Source of the DNA: Octopus vulgaris
Taxonomy: Eukaryota
Length of the DNA stretch: 64,000 bases
Assembly: GCA_951406725.2 (NCBI GenBank)
Contig: OX597816.1
Coordinates: 7,688,001-7,752,000, forward strand
Direction: 5' to 3'
Shown: piece by piece, positions 1-12,019 of the stretch
How the letters are laid out: each line of letters begins with the position of its first letter
Position numbering within the stretch: position 1 is the first letter of the stretch
Made by a program: the position numbers and the translations under genes
Notes under the pieces: model-generated
The model's database searches: none
The model's input: the letters and a program-made list of their open reading frames with translations, nothing else
Told to the model about the DNA's origin: nothing

Positions 1-315
1 TATGTGCCACCAGCACAGGGGCCAGTCAGGCGATACTGGCAACGACCTCGCTCAAATCATTTACACATGCCAGTAAGGTGACGCTGGTAATGATCACACT
101 CGAATGGTTAGCCACTCTGTCAATGATCACACTCATATGGTGCATTCTGAGTTCATATTCCATCGAGGTCGACTTTGCCTTTCTTCCTTTCAGGGTCAAT
201 AAATTAAGTACCAGTTGAGCCCTGGAGTCGATGTAATCAACTTACACCCTTTCCCAAACTTTGTGGCCTTCTGTCAAAATTTGACACCAATTATATAGTA
301 CTACAATGAGAAATG

Positions 316-533
316 CAGAAACGTTAGCGCACCGGGCGAAATGTGTAGCCGTATTTCATCTGCCGTTACGTTCTGAGTTCAAATTCCGCTGAGGTCAACT
401 TTGCCTTTCGTCCTTTCGGGGTCGATAAATTAAGTACCAGTTACGCACTGGGGTCGATGTAATTGACTTAATCCATTTGTCTGTCCTTGTTTGTCCCCTC
501 TGTGTTTAGCCCCTTGTGGGTAGTAAAGAAAAA
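316..533 (+). mobile_element. SINE family B (GGCGGCGAGCTGGCAGAA-type tRNA-like head), 5'-eroded copy; a further fragment at ~145-290
   Basis: B-box GAGTTCAAATTCC, conserved body GCCTTTCRTCCTTTCGGGGTCGATAAATTAAGTACCAG and tail TTTAGCCCCTTGTGGGTAGTAAAGAAA shared with many copies in the window. Confidence 0.85.
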
Positions 534-1134
534 TATTAACTGTATTTATATTATATATTGTAGTAAATGGAGGGGGTATTCGAGGGCCATGCATTTCAGC
601 CACAACACAATCAGTGAATGGTTCAACACTTTTGTCCACGTGTAGACTGGGGCAGCTGTAATGGTTTCTATATCTCTGATTACCAAATACAAAATGCGTT
701 TGTCATTTCTTTTTATAGCTCTGCCTTCGTGTGTTTAGCGATAACAGACTGTGTCACCTGACATATTTTGTCTTCCAGGCAGCAGCAGATATATGTAGCA
801 GGGTGTTTGCAAACATATTTGTTTTGCACTTTCTGTCATATTTCCCATAAAGATCAATATCCAGCCATAGGAGGGTGGGCGAAGTTTTCTAACGTATTTG
901 TTTTACTCGGGCTGTGTGGGTGGATCAATGGTTAGAGAAGCCACAGTTTGTTAATAATGATACAGTATTTATACTGATAACAATATATTGTACATGGAAA
1001 CAAACTGAAACAAATAGAGGTGCAGTATTTGTGGAGTTAGTGGTATGTTGTCAGGAGTCTTTAAAAATTATTGATTATGGACACAGGAGTGGCTGTGTGG
1101 TAAGAAGATTGCTTCCTGTCCTCATGGTTCTGGG

Positions 1135-1541
1135 TAGGGGTGTAGCTAGGATCTAAAGTTTGGGGGAGCATGGCACATAAAAAAAAAGATGCAAATTTTT
1201 AACTCATTGATTATACATTTTATATAAAGCATCATCATCATCGTTTAACATCCGTTTTCCGCGCTAGCACGGGTTGGACGGTTCGACCGGGGTCTGGGAA
1301 GCCGGGGGCTGCACCAGGCTCCAGTCTGATCTGGCAGAGTTTCTACAGCTGGATGCCCTTCCTAATGCCAACCACTCCGCGAGTGTAGTGGGTGCTTTTT
1401 ATGTGCCACCTGCACAGGTGCCAGGGGGGACCGACATCGGCCACGATCGGTTGGTGCTTTTAACGTGCCACCGGCAGTTTTGAAAAATGTGCTCGGGCAG
1501 AGGGGGTCGCTCCCCTTGCTCCCCTATCAGTTATGCCACTG
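1135..1541. mobile_element. hAT-like MITE nested in a SINE-A copy and itself carrying an RTE 3'-end fragment (1230-1476, minus)
   Basis: Imperfect TIRs TAGGGGTGTAGCT / AGTTATGCCACTG; 8-bp TSD GTTCTGGG / GTTCTGGC (7/8); SINE-A head starts at ~1083 and its body resumes at ~1580. Confidence 0.6.
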
Positions 1542-1869
1542 GTTCTGGCGTGCTAACGTTTCATGCCAGCTCGCCGCCTTAGTGTCTTCTACTAAAGTCT
1601 TGGGCCTATCAAAGTCTTGTGAGTGAATTTGGAAGACGGAAACTGAAAGATGGCCATCATATACATATGCATGTGTGTGTGTGTTTGTGTTCCACCACCA
1701 CTTGACAATCAGTGTTGGTGCATTTACATTCTGTAACTTAGCAGTTCGGCAAAAGAGACTGATAAAATAAGTAGCGAGTTTTTAAAAAAGTACTAGGAAC
1801 AATTCTTTCAACTCAAAACCTCTCCAAGTTGGTACCGGCAGTCTAATGACGGGCGCAAATGTTAAAGAA

Positions 1870-2241
1870 TCTATATATATAAACGGCAAAATGTCTGTGT
1901 GTGTGTGTGTGTGTGTCCCTTATACAAATCCACAGTTTTTCAGTTAGAGGGCTCACATTTTCTATGGTCATTCAAAACCGTCCAAGGGTGGTCGTGCACA
2001 TCTTTACATTTCCTCAGTCACCCCACAAAGCCATTAAAAAATCAATAGAAGTAACTTTTTTGTGAATTTTCTATCCAAAACCCAATCAAAATGCCCGAAA
2101 CTTGATACGCCAATTGAATGCCAGCTAGCTGTATGTGATTGGTCGGAGATTTGGACAGTACTCGCATGTATGCGTGCACGCACGCAGCTGTATATGCATG
2201 CACTAGCACTATGACCCGGTGTTGCCGGGTCATAGTGCTAG
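1870..2241 (+). mobile_element. Non-autonomous Helitron (family H1), apparently complete
   Basis: A|TC 5' end (TCTATATATATAAAC), 3' hairpin ACTAGCACTATGACCCGG-tgttg-CCGGGTCATAGTGCTAGT, CTAG|T 3' end, no TSD; second copy at ~55770-56088. Confidence 0.8.
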
Positions 2242-2396
2242 TAAAAGATAAAAGATTCATTAGGATCTTTTTATGACAATCGTTTGCAGAATAGCTACAG
2301 CTGAGCTTCCTCTATTCTTTACGTTTAATGTACGGAATGAAAGAGTTTGTTTGTCTAGAACTTTTCAGACCAACATATATTAGGAAGTTGAAACAA

Positions 2397-2932
2397 CATC
2401 ATCATCATCATCATCGTTTAACGTCCGCTTTCCATGCTAGCATGGGTTGGACGATTTTGACTGAGGGCTGGCGAACCAGATGGTTGCACCAGGCTCCAAT
2501 CTTGATCTGACAGAGTTTCTACAGCTGGATGCTCTTCCTAACGCCAACCACTCCGTGACTGTAGTGGGTGCTTTTTACGTGCCACCAGCACAGGGCCAGT
2601 CAAATGATACTGGCAATGACCTCGCACAAATCTTTTTAAATATGTCACCGGCACAGGTGCCAGTAAGGCGACATTGGTAACAATCACGCTCAAATGGTGC
2701 CCCTTTACGTGCCACCGGCATGGAGCTAGTTGCCTGCTCTGGCAACGATCATGTTCAGATGGTGCTCTTGGCACCCTCCTAGCACAGGCACATGTGCCAG
2801 TAAGGCAACGCTGGTAATGATCTCACTCGAATGGTGCCCTTTTATGTGCCACTGGCACGGAAGCCGTTAGCTGCTCTGTCAATGATCACCCTTGCATGGT
2901 GCTCTTTGCACCCCGCTAGTACGGATGCCGAT
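2397..2932 (-). mobile_element. 5'-truncated RTE-LINE 3' UTR copy with ~65-bp tandem units and (GAT)n tail
   Basis: Matches the reverse complement of 27400-28145; (CAT)n on plus strand; another partial copy at 1-140. Confidence 0.85.
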
Positions 2933-3653
2933 GACATAAATGCATTCAATATTATTTTGAAATGTTATAATGGCGATTAAGATAGGAGTGGAAGAAAGGT
3001 CATAACAATGGGGTGGATTGATAATATTATCAAGATAAGGTGTTGATTTGTGTTTGGCAATCTAATCCTTTTGGCATGTCTTAGATAAGAAATAGTTTAC
3101 AACTTGATACAACTCATAAATCAATGATTTCGAACAACAGTGTATGGGTAAATGTTTCTTTCCAAATAATTTTATTACATATGCCATCAAGTTTAATTAT
3201 ATAATTTATTAAGTAATTTATATCCTACAGAGTGGCACATAAAAGGGCACCATTCGAGTGTGATCGTTACTGCCAAAATGTACTGTCACCAAAACTGGTT
3301 GAATATCCCTTCAACCACACCAAGTCATAAGTGCCTAACCAACCACGCCCAATCGTCTCAATCTGATTGGACACAGATAAACATCTTCGAGTTCAATGAT
3401 CATATCAATAGCCAATAGCTAATACGCTCAACAACCGTGGTCACTAGTTTACAACAGGAACAGTAAGATGGATGTAATTCCCTGTTATAACCAACGACAT
3501 TGTCGAAGAAACGATAAGTAGTTTGTTAGTACATCAAGTTGAGCTCAAATTATTGGAGTAACCAAAGCCAGCTTTATAAGATCAATATTTTAATAACGAT
3601 TTTCGTTTTATTTATTTGCAATGTTTTTGTTTAAAGAGGTATATTGTTGTTAA

Positions 3654-4252
3654 GGCGGTGAGCTGGCAGAAACATTAGCACGCCGGGCGAAGTGCTTAGC
3701 GGTATTACGTCTGCCGTTACGTTCTGAGTTCAAATTCCGCCGAGGTCGACTTTGCCTTTCATCCTTTCGGGGTCGATTAAATAAGTACCAGTTATGCACT
3801 GGGGTCAATATAATTGACTTAATCTGTTTGTCTGTCCTTGTTTGTCTGTCCTTGTTTGTCCCCTCTATGTTTAGCCCCTTGTGGGTAGTAAAGAAGTAGG
3901 TATTTCGTCTGCCGCTACGTTCTGAATTCAAATTCCGCCGAGGTCAACTTTGCCTGTCATCCTTTCAGGGTCGTTTAAATAAGTACCAGTTACGCACTGG
4001 GGTCGATATAATAGACTTAATCTATTTGTCTGTCCTTGTTTGTCCCCTCTGTGTTTAGCCCCTTGTGGGTAGTAAAGAAATAGGTATTTCATCTGCCTTT
4101 ACGTTCTGAGTTCAAATTCCGCCAAGGTCGACTTTGCCTTTCATCCTTTCGAGGTCAATTAAATAAGTACCAGTTACGCACTGGGGTCGATATAATCGAC
4201 TTAATCCTTTTGTCCTCTCTGTGTTTAGCCCCTTGTGGGTAGTAAAGAAATA
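3654..4252 (+). mobile_element. SINE family B trimer (one head + 3 tandem ~180-bp body units)
   Basis: Units restart at GGTATTTCRTCTGCC after ...AAAGAARTA (~3899, ~4083); TSD AGGTATATTGTTGTT on both sides. Confidence 0.9.
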
Positions 4253-5367
4253 GGTATATTGTTGTTTGTTGGAGCTGTGAAGAGAAAAGAATCAATTAAT
4301 TTTCTAACATTTAAAACTATTTTGTTATTAATACTTACACAAATTATACTGAGTCGCTACCAATCTAGGGAGAATGTCGAAAGAAAATGTTCAGAAAGAT
4401 TAATAGTTAAAAGATCTGTCAGGTTAACGAACATCTACCGTTTATATCTTCTGTGCATGCCTAACATAAGTTGTATGAGCGAGTATGCTGGAGTGCAATA
4501 GTATGCATGTGTGTAAGAAGCTATCTGTCTTTGTCACAAATCCTTCGTGTAAGGACAAAGTTTGAAAATGTTTAGTTACAAAAAATTACTTTTTAAATTT
4601 GTAGGTCAAAAGGTAAAGAACCTAAGTAAATATTACACATGCCTCTGACATGTTTTTCTTTCACAAAAACCAGAATTTGTCATTTTATAGAGAAACACCC
4701 ATCTCTCTATTTAGGCAAACGATAAGAAGTTCCTTTGAATGACAAGCTTTCTGTTAGACTATGAATGGCTGGAGAAAGTTCAAAAGGTCAACTTATTCTC
4801 ATTAATCTGTAAGTGCTGAGAAAAGATAACAAAAGACTTTAAATATATATTCTAAAATGCTAATTTTTCTGCGACCAAAAAAATCTTCAAGGTGGTGCCC
4901 CAGCATGGCCGCAGTCCAATGACTGAAACAAGTAAAAAGATTTTTAGAAAATAGAAAAAAATGAGGCGTTTATAAAAAGAAAATTCAAGACATTTGGCTG
5001 TTATTTCTAGCATGTGGAGATACCTTCTAGCCTTAATTTCATGCGCTGGTTGAAAATCATTAAAAAAATGTTGAGGTCGTAACATTCGACTAAAAATTCT
5101 TCAAGGAGGTGCCCCAGCATGGCCACAGTCTAATGAGTGAAACAAGTAAAAGGCAAAAAAATAATCGAAAAATATAACCATGTGGTCTTTGTGCACTTTT
5201 ACACTTTAGCCATGGGGCATTTATCCTACACTTCTCTTAAATACCTTTGACCTTCCAACTGCATATCAGTAAAAAGATCGGTTTCCGGTTTCCGTTTAAT
5301 AAACAAAGAGTTTAATCAAAGCATTGAAAGCCGTGGTCTATGACTCATGCTCAGATAATAACCAATA

Positions 5368-5760
5368 GGCGCTGGAGTGGCTGTTGTGGTAAGTAGCTTG
5401 CTTACGAACCACATGGTTCCGGGTTCAGTCCCACTGCGTGGCACCTTGGGCAAGTGTCTTCTACTATAGCCTCAGGCCGACCAAAGCCTTGTGAGTGGAT
5501 TTGGTAGATGGAAACTGAAAGAAGCCCGTCGTATATATGTATATATATGTGTATGTTTGTGTGTTGTGTTTGTCTCCCCCCCCCCCAACATCGCTTGACA
5601 ACCGATGATGGTGTGTTTACGTCCCCGAAACTTAGCGGTTCGGCAAAAGAGACCGATAGAATAAGTACCAGGCTTACAAAGAATAAGTCCTGGGGTCGAT
5701 TTGCTCGACTAAAGACGGTGCTCCAGCATGACCTCAGTCAGATGACTGAAACAAGTAAAT
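5368..5760 (+). mobile_element. SINE family A (GGCGCAGGAGTGGCTGTGTGGTAAG tRNA-derived head, internal (TA)/(TG) tract)
   Basis: A/B-box-like head, CORE-like GGCACCTTGGGCAAGTGTCTT, tail GACTGAAACAAGTAAA; about 10 full copies in the window. Confidence 0.9.
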
Positions 5761-5900
5761 GAGTAGACCGAGAATTTGAGTTTCAAATTTCAACTGGGTT
5801 TCATGTGACATGAAACTAAACCAAAGCCGAAAATGACCATCCCTTGAAATTATTTTGATTGCAAAGGATTTAGTTTAATAAACAAGTAAAATGTTAAATA

Positions 5901-6455
5901 CAGGGTCAGGCAAAATGATCTGACACATTTGTAGGTTAAATAAAAGGCAAATGAAGTAAAGAAACAAAAAAGTGTTTTTATTTTTGAAAAGTACATATAA
6001 TGCCATTTTGTTTCATTATGTTTTAAAAATTAAATCAGTCAAATGGGATCCATTATTGTCCACACACTGTCGAAGGCGTTCACGAAAGTTGTCAATAACT
6101 CGGCGGGTCATTTCATGTGGAATGGCAGTAATTTCTTGACGAATTGCATCTTTAAGTTCTGGCGGTGCGAGGTCGGCCGGTTGATTTTCGTTTCAATGCC
6201 GATCCAGTAGCTCTGAAGTTGGTAACCCATAACAAGATCGTGTTTCGAGCTGGTACGGGATCATGTCTACCAAGATTGAAGTGCAAACGGAACACTCTTT
6301 GTGTTGCAGTTACAGACTCGTTTGTTTTGATAAACGTTTCCACAATGAAAGTGCGATGCTCACCAGTCCAATTCATGGCAGCAACTGAAAAAGAAACGAA
6401 AAACAATGCCTTTTATTTAACCTACAAATGTGTCAGATCATTTTGCCTGACCCTG
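5901..6455 (-). mobile_element. Internally deleted Tc1/mariner element
   Basis: ~48-bp perfect TIRs CAGGGTCAGGCAAAATGATCTGACACATTTGTAGG..., TA TSD; N-terminal HTH (MNWTGEHRTFIVETFIK...GRPRTART) joined out of frame to C-terminus (ELKDAIRQEITAIPHEMTRRVIDNFRERLRQCVDNNGSHL); DDE domain missing. Confidence 0.9.
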
Positions 6456-6948
6456 TACATTATTGATGTGTACGCGACATAATAAAGTTAAGATAAAATG
6501 TAAGTAATACATAAACCTTCGTTAAGGTATTAAGGTAAAGTATCATGTTTGATCACCTGTGGTGATAACGAATGAATAAAGAGAACGTGACGAAGTAGCA
6601 GAGAAATGAAAGAGTAGGAGACATGGAAGATAACATGTTCTTTCGTCCGTAACAGGGAAAGTACGTAAATGGGAATTGCACTGAAAATATTTGTTGCAGT
6701 TAAAAGAACAAGTTTTAGAAATAGGTCGGGGCAATGTTATAGTTGAGAAAAGAGGGTGATTATATATTGTGTTAATTGATAAAGTTAATTAGTCCTGGTT
6801 AGTACTGAGTTAATTGGTCCCCGATTAGAAATGAGTGGGATAATTGGAGTTTGTAATTCTTGAAGATACTATTATTTCGAAAGGGAGGCACTGGACAGCT
6901 TGAATATTCAAACTAATTGCATGAGGGTAGGTGTTTGAAATAGTTTTA

Positions 6949-7755
6949 GGATCTTTTCCTTTTGAACGGCAGTTTTCAACACAATTTCTAGTTAACTAAA
7001 CACTTTTAAACTTCGTATACTGGTAGAATGTGTTTATAAAACATCTTTTTTTCTTGGCTTTATTGAGAAAATTCTATAGTTTGTAACATATTTCCACTTT
7101 AAAATCGAGCATTTCGGCAATTTTAACCAATCGCTGACCTCCATTTGGGGTGAAAACATTCCGTGCTGTATGAATATGTCCCTCAGAAACAGATTGGGTT
7201 TATTTACATTTGCAAAGAAAAAAAGACACCCTTCCCCCACCCCTAACCCTAACCCTAAAACAGATTGAAATGCAATAGATCAATTCTAGGGTTATAATTT
7301 TGGGTGACAATTTCATACGACACCGCTACGGAAAATGGGATTTTTTTCTAGCGGTGTCAAATGAAAATGTCACCCATAATTATAACCCTAGTATCAATCT
7401 ATTGCATTTCAATCTGTTTTAGGGTTAGGATTAGTTAGAGTTAGGGTTAGGGTTAGGGGCGGGGGAAGGGTGTCTTTTTTTCTTCACAAATGTAAATAAA
7501 CCCAATCTGTTTCTGAGGGACATATTCATACAGCATGGAATGTTTTCAACCCCCAAATGGAGGTGAGCGATTGGTTAAAATTGCCAAAATGCTCGATTTT
7601 AAAGTGGAAATATGTTACAAACTATAGAATTTTCTCAATAAAGCCAAAAAAAAAAAATGATGTTTTATAAACACATTCTACCAGTATGTGAAGTTTAAAA
7701 GTGTTTAGTTAACTAGAAATTGTGTTGAAAACTGCCGTTCAAAAGGAAAAGATCC
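6949..7755. mobile_element. Palindromic foldback DNA element with GG..CC ends and internal telomere-type repeats (Merlin-like non-autonomous)
   Basis: Near-complete ~390-bp inverted arms; termini GGATCTTTTCC / GGAAAAGATCC; 8-bp TSD TAGTTTTA (6941-6948, 7756-7763); (CCCTAA)n ~7240, (TTAGGG)n ~7420-7458. Confidence 0.85.
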
Positions 7756-7789
7756 TAGTTTTAAGTTGGAGAGCAATGGAAGTATCTTA

Positions 7790-8056
7790 TTTACGGAGAT
7801 GTACTTGCATAGCAAGTGACCTGATCTGAGATCATGTGCTGGAACGAAAACAATTGCAGCGTGGAAGGTGTTTATAAGCCATTTAAGAAACACACAAAAA
7901 CCGTTAGATTCACTTCTGTGCAGCACAGAATTTTATCAGTGAACAGGTCGCGGTCTCAAAGCGACAAAAAATATTTTGACAAATTAAGTTTAAATGTTGA
8001 AGTGAATCTAATGGTTTTTGTGTGTTTCTTAAATGGCTTATAAACACTTTCCACGC
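7790..8056. mobile_element. Short retro-insertion with internal inversion (Penelope pLTR-like)
   Basis: 13-bp TSD TGGAAGTATCTTA (7777-7789, 8057-8069); ~60-bp inverted repeat 7857-7916 / 7998-8057. Confidence 0.6.
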
Positions 8057-8276
8057 TGGAAGTATCTTAAAAATTGGTCACATAATTGAAATACAGAAAG
8101 CAGACATAAAATCTAGGAAAACAGGTTTTTTGAGTAACACGGTGAATAAAGGAACCATGGCCATCTTGTGAAAGATCATTGACATTGTTGTCGCTCGGTA
8201 TGCTTGTTGCTTGAGTTCAGCTGGTCAGTGCAGATGCACCACAAACGTCTGAGACGCCATTGTTGAAGTGGATGGC

Positions 8277-8489
8277 TTACTCTTTTACTTGTTTCGGTCA
8301 TTTGACTGTGGCCATGCTGCAGCACCGCCTTTTTAGTCGAGAAAATCGACCCCAGGACTTATTCTTTGTAAGCCTAATACTTATTGGTATCAGTCTCTTT
8401 CACCGAACCGCTAAGTTACGGGGACGTAAACACACCAGCATCAGTTGTCAAGCGATGTTGTGGGGACAAACTCAGACACACAAACATAA

Positions 8490-8522
<33 letters not shown>

Positions 8523-8693
8523 CATATATACGACAGGCTTCTTGCAGTTTCTGTCTACCAAATCCACTCACAAGGCTTTGGTCAGCACAAGGCTATAATA
8601 GAAGACACTTGCCCAAAGTGCCACTTGGTGAGACTGAACCCAGAACCGTGCGGTTGGTAAGCAAGCTACTTACCACACGGCCACTCCTGCGCT
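8277..8693 (-). mobile_element. SINE family A
   Basis: Reverse complement of the 5368-5760 family. Confidence 0.9.
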
Positions 8694-8991
8694 TAACTAT
8701 AATTGTTATCTGAACATGTCGCTTGCGGGTTTGTTGTGTTATTTTTTAGCTGACGGGGTGATGACAAGCTGAATTTGTGAATAGAAATGTGTTTCTGAAG
8801 CCGCGTGAAGATGTAACTGACAACACCTGTGAATATTTCACAGAAGACTTTATTACTGCACAGAGTTTACCTGTGTTGGTCTTTTACAAATAATAACGAT
8901 AATTACATACGGGAGAGACATTCTGCTTCGACTTTACTGTATGGAGTTTATATGCATGAATGTGTTAAAACACACACATACATATACACAC

Positions 8992-9044
<53 letters not shown>

Positions 9045-9049
<5 letters not shown>

Positions 9050-9341
9050 GGACCAGGCTATCAGATGTTGCTACACATTGCTGGTCACAATGTGCTTCGC
9101 ATTGCTTTAGCCTTCAAATGATGCCACCCCACTGGCTAAGCGAGCAGGCCAACAGAAGAAAGAGTGAGAGAAAGTTGTGGTGAAAGAGTACAGCAGGGAT
9201 CGCCACCACCCCCTGCCGGAGCCTCGTGGAGCTTTTAGGTGTTTTCACTCAATAAACACTCACAACGCCCGGTCTGGGAATCGAAACTGCGATCCTATGA
9301 CTGTGAGTTTGCTGCCCTAACCACTGGGCCATTGCTCCTCC
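9045..9341 (-). mobile_element. tRNA-derived SINE family C (GGAGG..CAATGGCCCAGTGGTTAGGGCAGC head); copies also at 14020-14317 and ~35425-35607
   Basis: On minus strand A-box TGGCCCAGTGGTTAG and B-box GTTTCGATTCCC; same body in three copies. Confidence 0.85.
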
Positions 9342-9343
9342 AC

Positions 9344-9380
<37 letters not shown>

Positions 9381-9387
9381 TACACCA

Positions 9388-9437
9388 TCTCCGATGAAGG
9401 GATATAATTAATAAATATCCTACAAACAGCTGTAAGA
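9388..9437 (+). ncRNA. Degenerate type I hammerhead ribozyme motif in Penelope-like repeat
   Basis: tct-CCGATGA-a-gggatat..atatcct-a-CAAA-cagctg-TA-aga; two core substitutions, probably inactive. Confidence 0.4.
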
Positions 9438-9687
9438 CCTATCTATAAATGCTCTAATATCTACACAGCCTTGGTTTTTTTTATATTATTATGCACAAAA
9501 TTCTTATATACACACGCTGACATAGAACCAACGTTGAACCCTTTATTCGCAATATTACCAAATCTGGAACTTAACTATGGTCTGTCTATAGCACTTGTTC
9601 AGCATTACCTGACACCTCTGGGTCTCAATAACACCATTATCTCTTATAACCTCAACTTCTCGCTAATATATACACATATAGTAACAC

Positions 9688-10227
9688 GGCAAGACTTCCG
9701 CCCATCCGCCCCCTTCCCCTAAACCACCCTTAAAATTTTTTTTTCAGACACAACCCCCACCCCTTTCGGCTACCTGGAATACGAATCTGCAAAAAAATTG
9801 GCATTTTTAAATTACACCCCCAACTCCCATTTCCTTCATTTTTTACCTTTTTTCAGATTTTTTTTTTCAAAATATGCAGAAAAATATGGAGATTATGATT
9901 CGGAAAAAATTTCCAAAAATTTTTGTAAAATTTCTTTTTAAGAATTTTTTTTTTTGGAAATATGCAGAATACGGACATTATGATTCAGATAAAAATTTCA
10001 AAACATTTCTGTACTTACGGTTAGGGGGTTAGGGTTAGGGTGTTAGGGTTAGTGTTGGAGAAAGTCAAAATTGAAGAATTGGGAGGGGGTGGATTTAACA
10101 ATGTCGCTTTTTGGCAATTTTCTGGAACCTCCGTATCTGAAAACGGGGGTTTGGGGAAAAAAAAATGTTTAAAATAAACAAATTTGGGAGAAAATGGGGG
10201 TGGGGGCAGACAGGCGGAAGTCTTTCC
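9688..10227. mobile_element. GG..CC MITE with 8-bp TSD and degenerate TTAGGG tract (Merlin-like)
   Basis: TIR GGCAAGACTTCCGCC / GGCGGAAGTCTTTCC; TSD AGTAACAC (9680-9687, 10228-10235); TTAGGG-like tract 10019-10051. Confidence 0.8.
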
Positions 10228-10574
10228 AGTAACACACATACATACACAACGGAATTTAAGTCTCGATATACTTTCTCAGAAAGGTCACCTTAGTATTGTT
10301 GTAGTTATTGTCGCAGTGGGTGACCTTCTTCTTCGGAAAATTCACAAGATCCGGTTTTTCCCTCATAACTTTTGGAAAAATGGATATCTTCCAATGAAAT
10401 TTTACAAAAACACCTTTCAAACAGCATAGATTATAATTATAAAGAAATTTGTGAGGAGAATGTTTTCCAAGGGGGTGGGGAGAGGACTGTCGGAAAGTTC
10501 ACACGATCCGTTTTGTCCCCTCATATCTTTCAGGATCTAGTTTAGCTTTAGCACCAGGTCACCAAAACGAAAAA

Positions 10575-11332
10575 AAAATCCTGTCGTAAAATGTATATTG
10601 ACTGAAAATTATATATGTATACACAAAAAATATGCAGATGGATTGAAGATATACTGGAGGTGTGAAAATCGTGTGTGCAAGGCAAGACTTCACACAGATG
10701 ACAATTATAAAGAGCTTAAGAAGATTGGGATCCATAATCACGCTTCAACTGCTGCAGAGGTGAATGCAAGGATAATCATCATCATCATCATCATCATTTA
10801 GCGTCCGTTTTCCATGCTAGCATGGGTTGGACGGTTCAACTGGGGTCTGGGGAGCCCGAAGGCTGCACCAGGCCAGTCAGATCTGGCAGTGTTTCTACAG
10901 CTGGATGCCCTTCCTAACGCCAACCACTCCGAGAGTGTAGTGGGTGATTTTATGTGCCACCGACACAGGTGCCAGACGAGGCTGGCGAACGGCCACGCTC
11001 GGATGGTGTTTTTATGTGCCACCGACACAGGTGCCAGACGAGGCTGGCAGACGGCCACGCTCGGATGGTGTTTTTATGTGCCACCGACACAGGTGCCAGA
11101 TGAGGCTGGCGGACGGCCACGATCGGATGGTGTTTGTTACGTCCCCAAAGTTTCAAATATTAAAGCAAAGTCTATTTCATCTTGCGATGCCCCTCGCTCA
11201 ATTATCGCTGGTGAAGTTCAGAATTTAAATGACTGTACATTGTTGCAAATACCTCCGTTTGCACAGCTTAATAGGAATATTAGACATTGGAGGCAATCTG
11301 ATTCCAACTATCCTGCCATTCCGTGCTCATAA
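10575..11332 (+). pseudogene. MULE (Mutator-like) transposase N-terminal FLYWCH remnant split by an RTE 3'-end insertion (10775-11140, minus)
   Basis: KIYWRCENRVCKARLHTDD...HNH (FLYWCH-type finger) continues after the insert as VSNIKAKSISSCDAPRSIIAGEVQNL...RNIRHWR. Confidence 0.7.
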
Positions 11333-11504
11333 ATGTGTTTGACCAAGGGGTGACATTACCAACATGATGTCGCTGTCGGTGACCCTCGTTTTCCTGTTTC
11401 CTAAATACTACAGGACCAGTTTGTAGGAAGATGTGTACTGATTGGCCTTGCATTTCTCCTCTACTTTAATCTTTTACATGTGGCATGGGTTTCCCTCCAT
11501 AGCA

Positions 11505-12008
11505 GAGTGCCATCCGTACTAGCGGGGTGCAAAGAGCACCATGTGAGCGTGATCGTTGACAGAGCAACTTACAGGCTTCCGCGCCAGTGACACCTAAAAG
11601 GCACCATTTGAGTGTGATCATTACCAGCGTCGCCTTACTGGCACTTGTGCCCCGTGCTAGTAGGGTGCCAAGAGCACCATACAAGCGTGATCGTTGACAG
11701 AGCGGCTAACTGGCTTCCGTGCCAGTGGCACGTAAACGACACCATTCGAGCATGATTGTTACCAACATCGCCTTACTGGCACCTGTGCTGGTGACATGTG
11801 TAAAAAGATTCAAGCGAGGTCGTTGCCAGTACCGCCTGACTGGCACGTAAAAGCACCCACTACACTCTCGGAGGGGTTCGCGTTAGGAAGGGCATCCAGC
11901 TGTAGAAACTCTGCTAGATCAAGATTGGACCCTGGTGCAGCCAGCCCTCAGTCAAAACCGTCCAACCCATGCTAGCATGGAAAGTGGACGTTAAACGATG
12001 ATGATGAT
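11505..12008 (+). mobile_element. RTE-LINE 3' UTR copy with diverged tandem units and (GAT)n tail
   Basis: GCGTTAGGAAGGGCATCCAGCTGTAGAAAC core, GGACGTTAAACGATGATG end. Confidence 0.85.
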
Positions 12009-12019
12009 TGTAATTGGCG

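Noticed and set aside
7240-7458. Ancient telomere-telomere fusion or chromosome end
   Set aside because: Orientation is CCCTAA...TTAGGG, tracts are short, and they lie inside a TSD-flanked element found twice
10814-11332. 172-aa ORF as a real gene
   Set aside because: Chimera of antisense RTE UTR repeats read into a MULE transposase remnant
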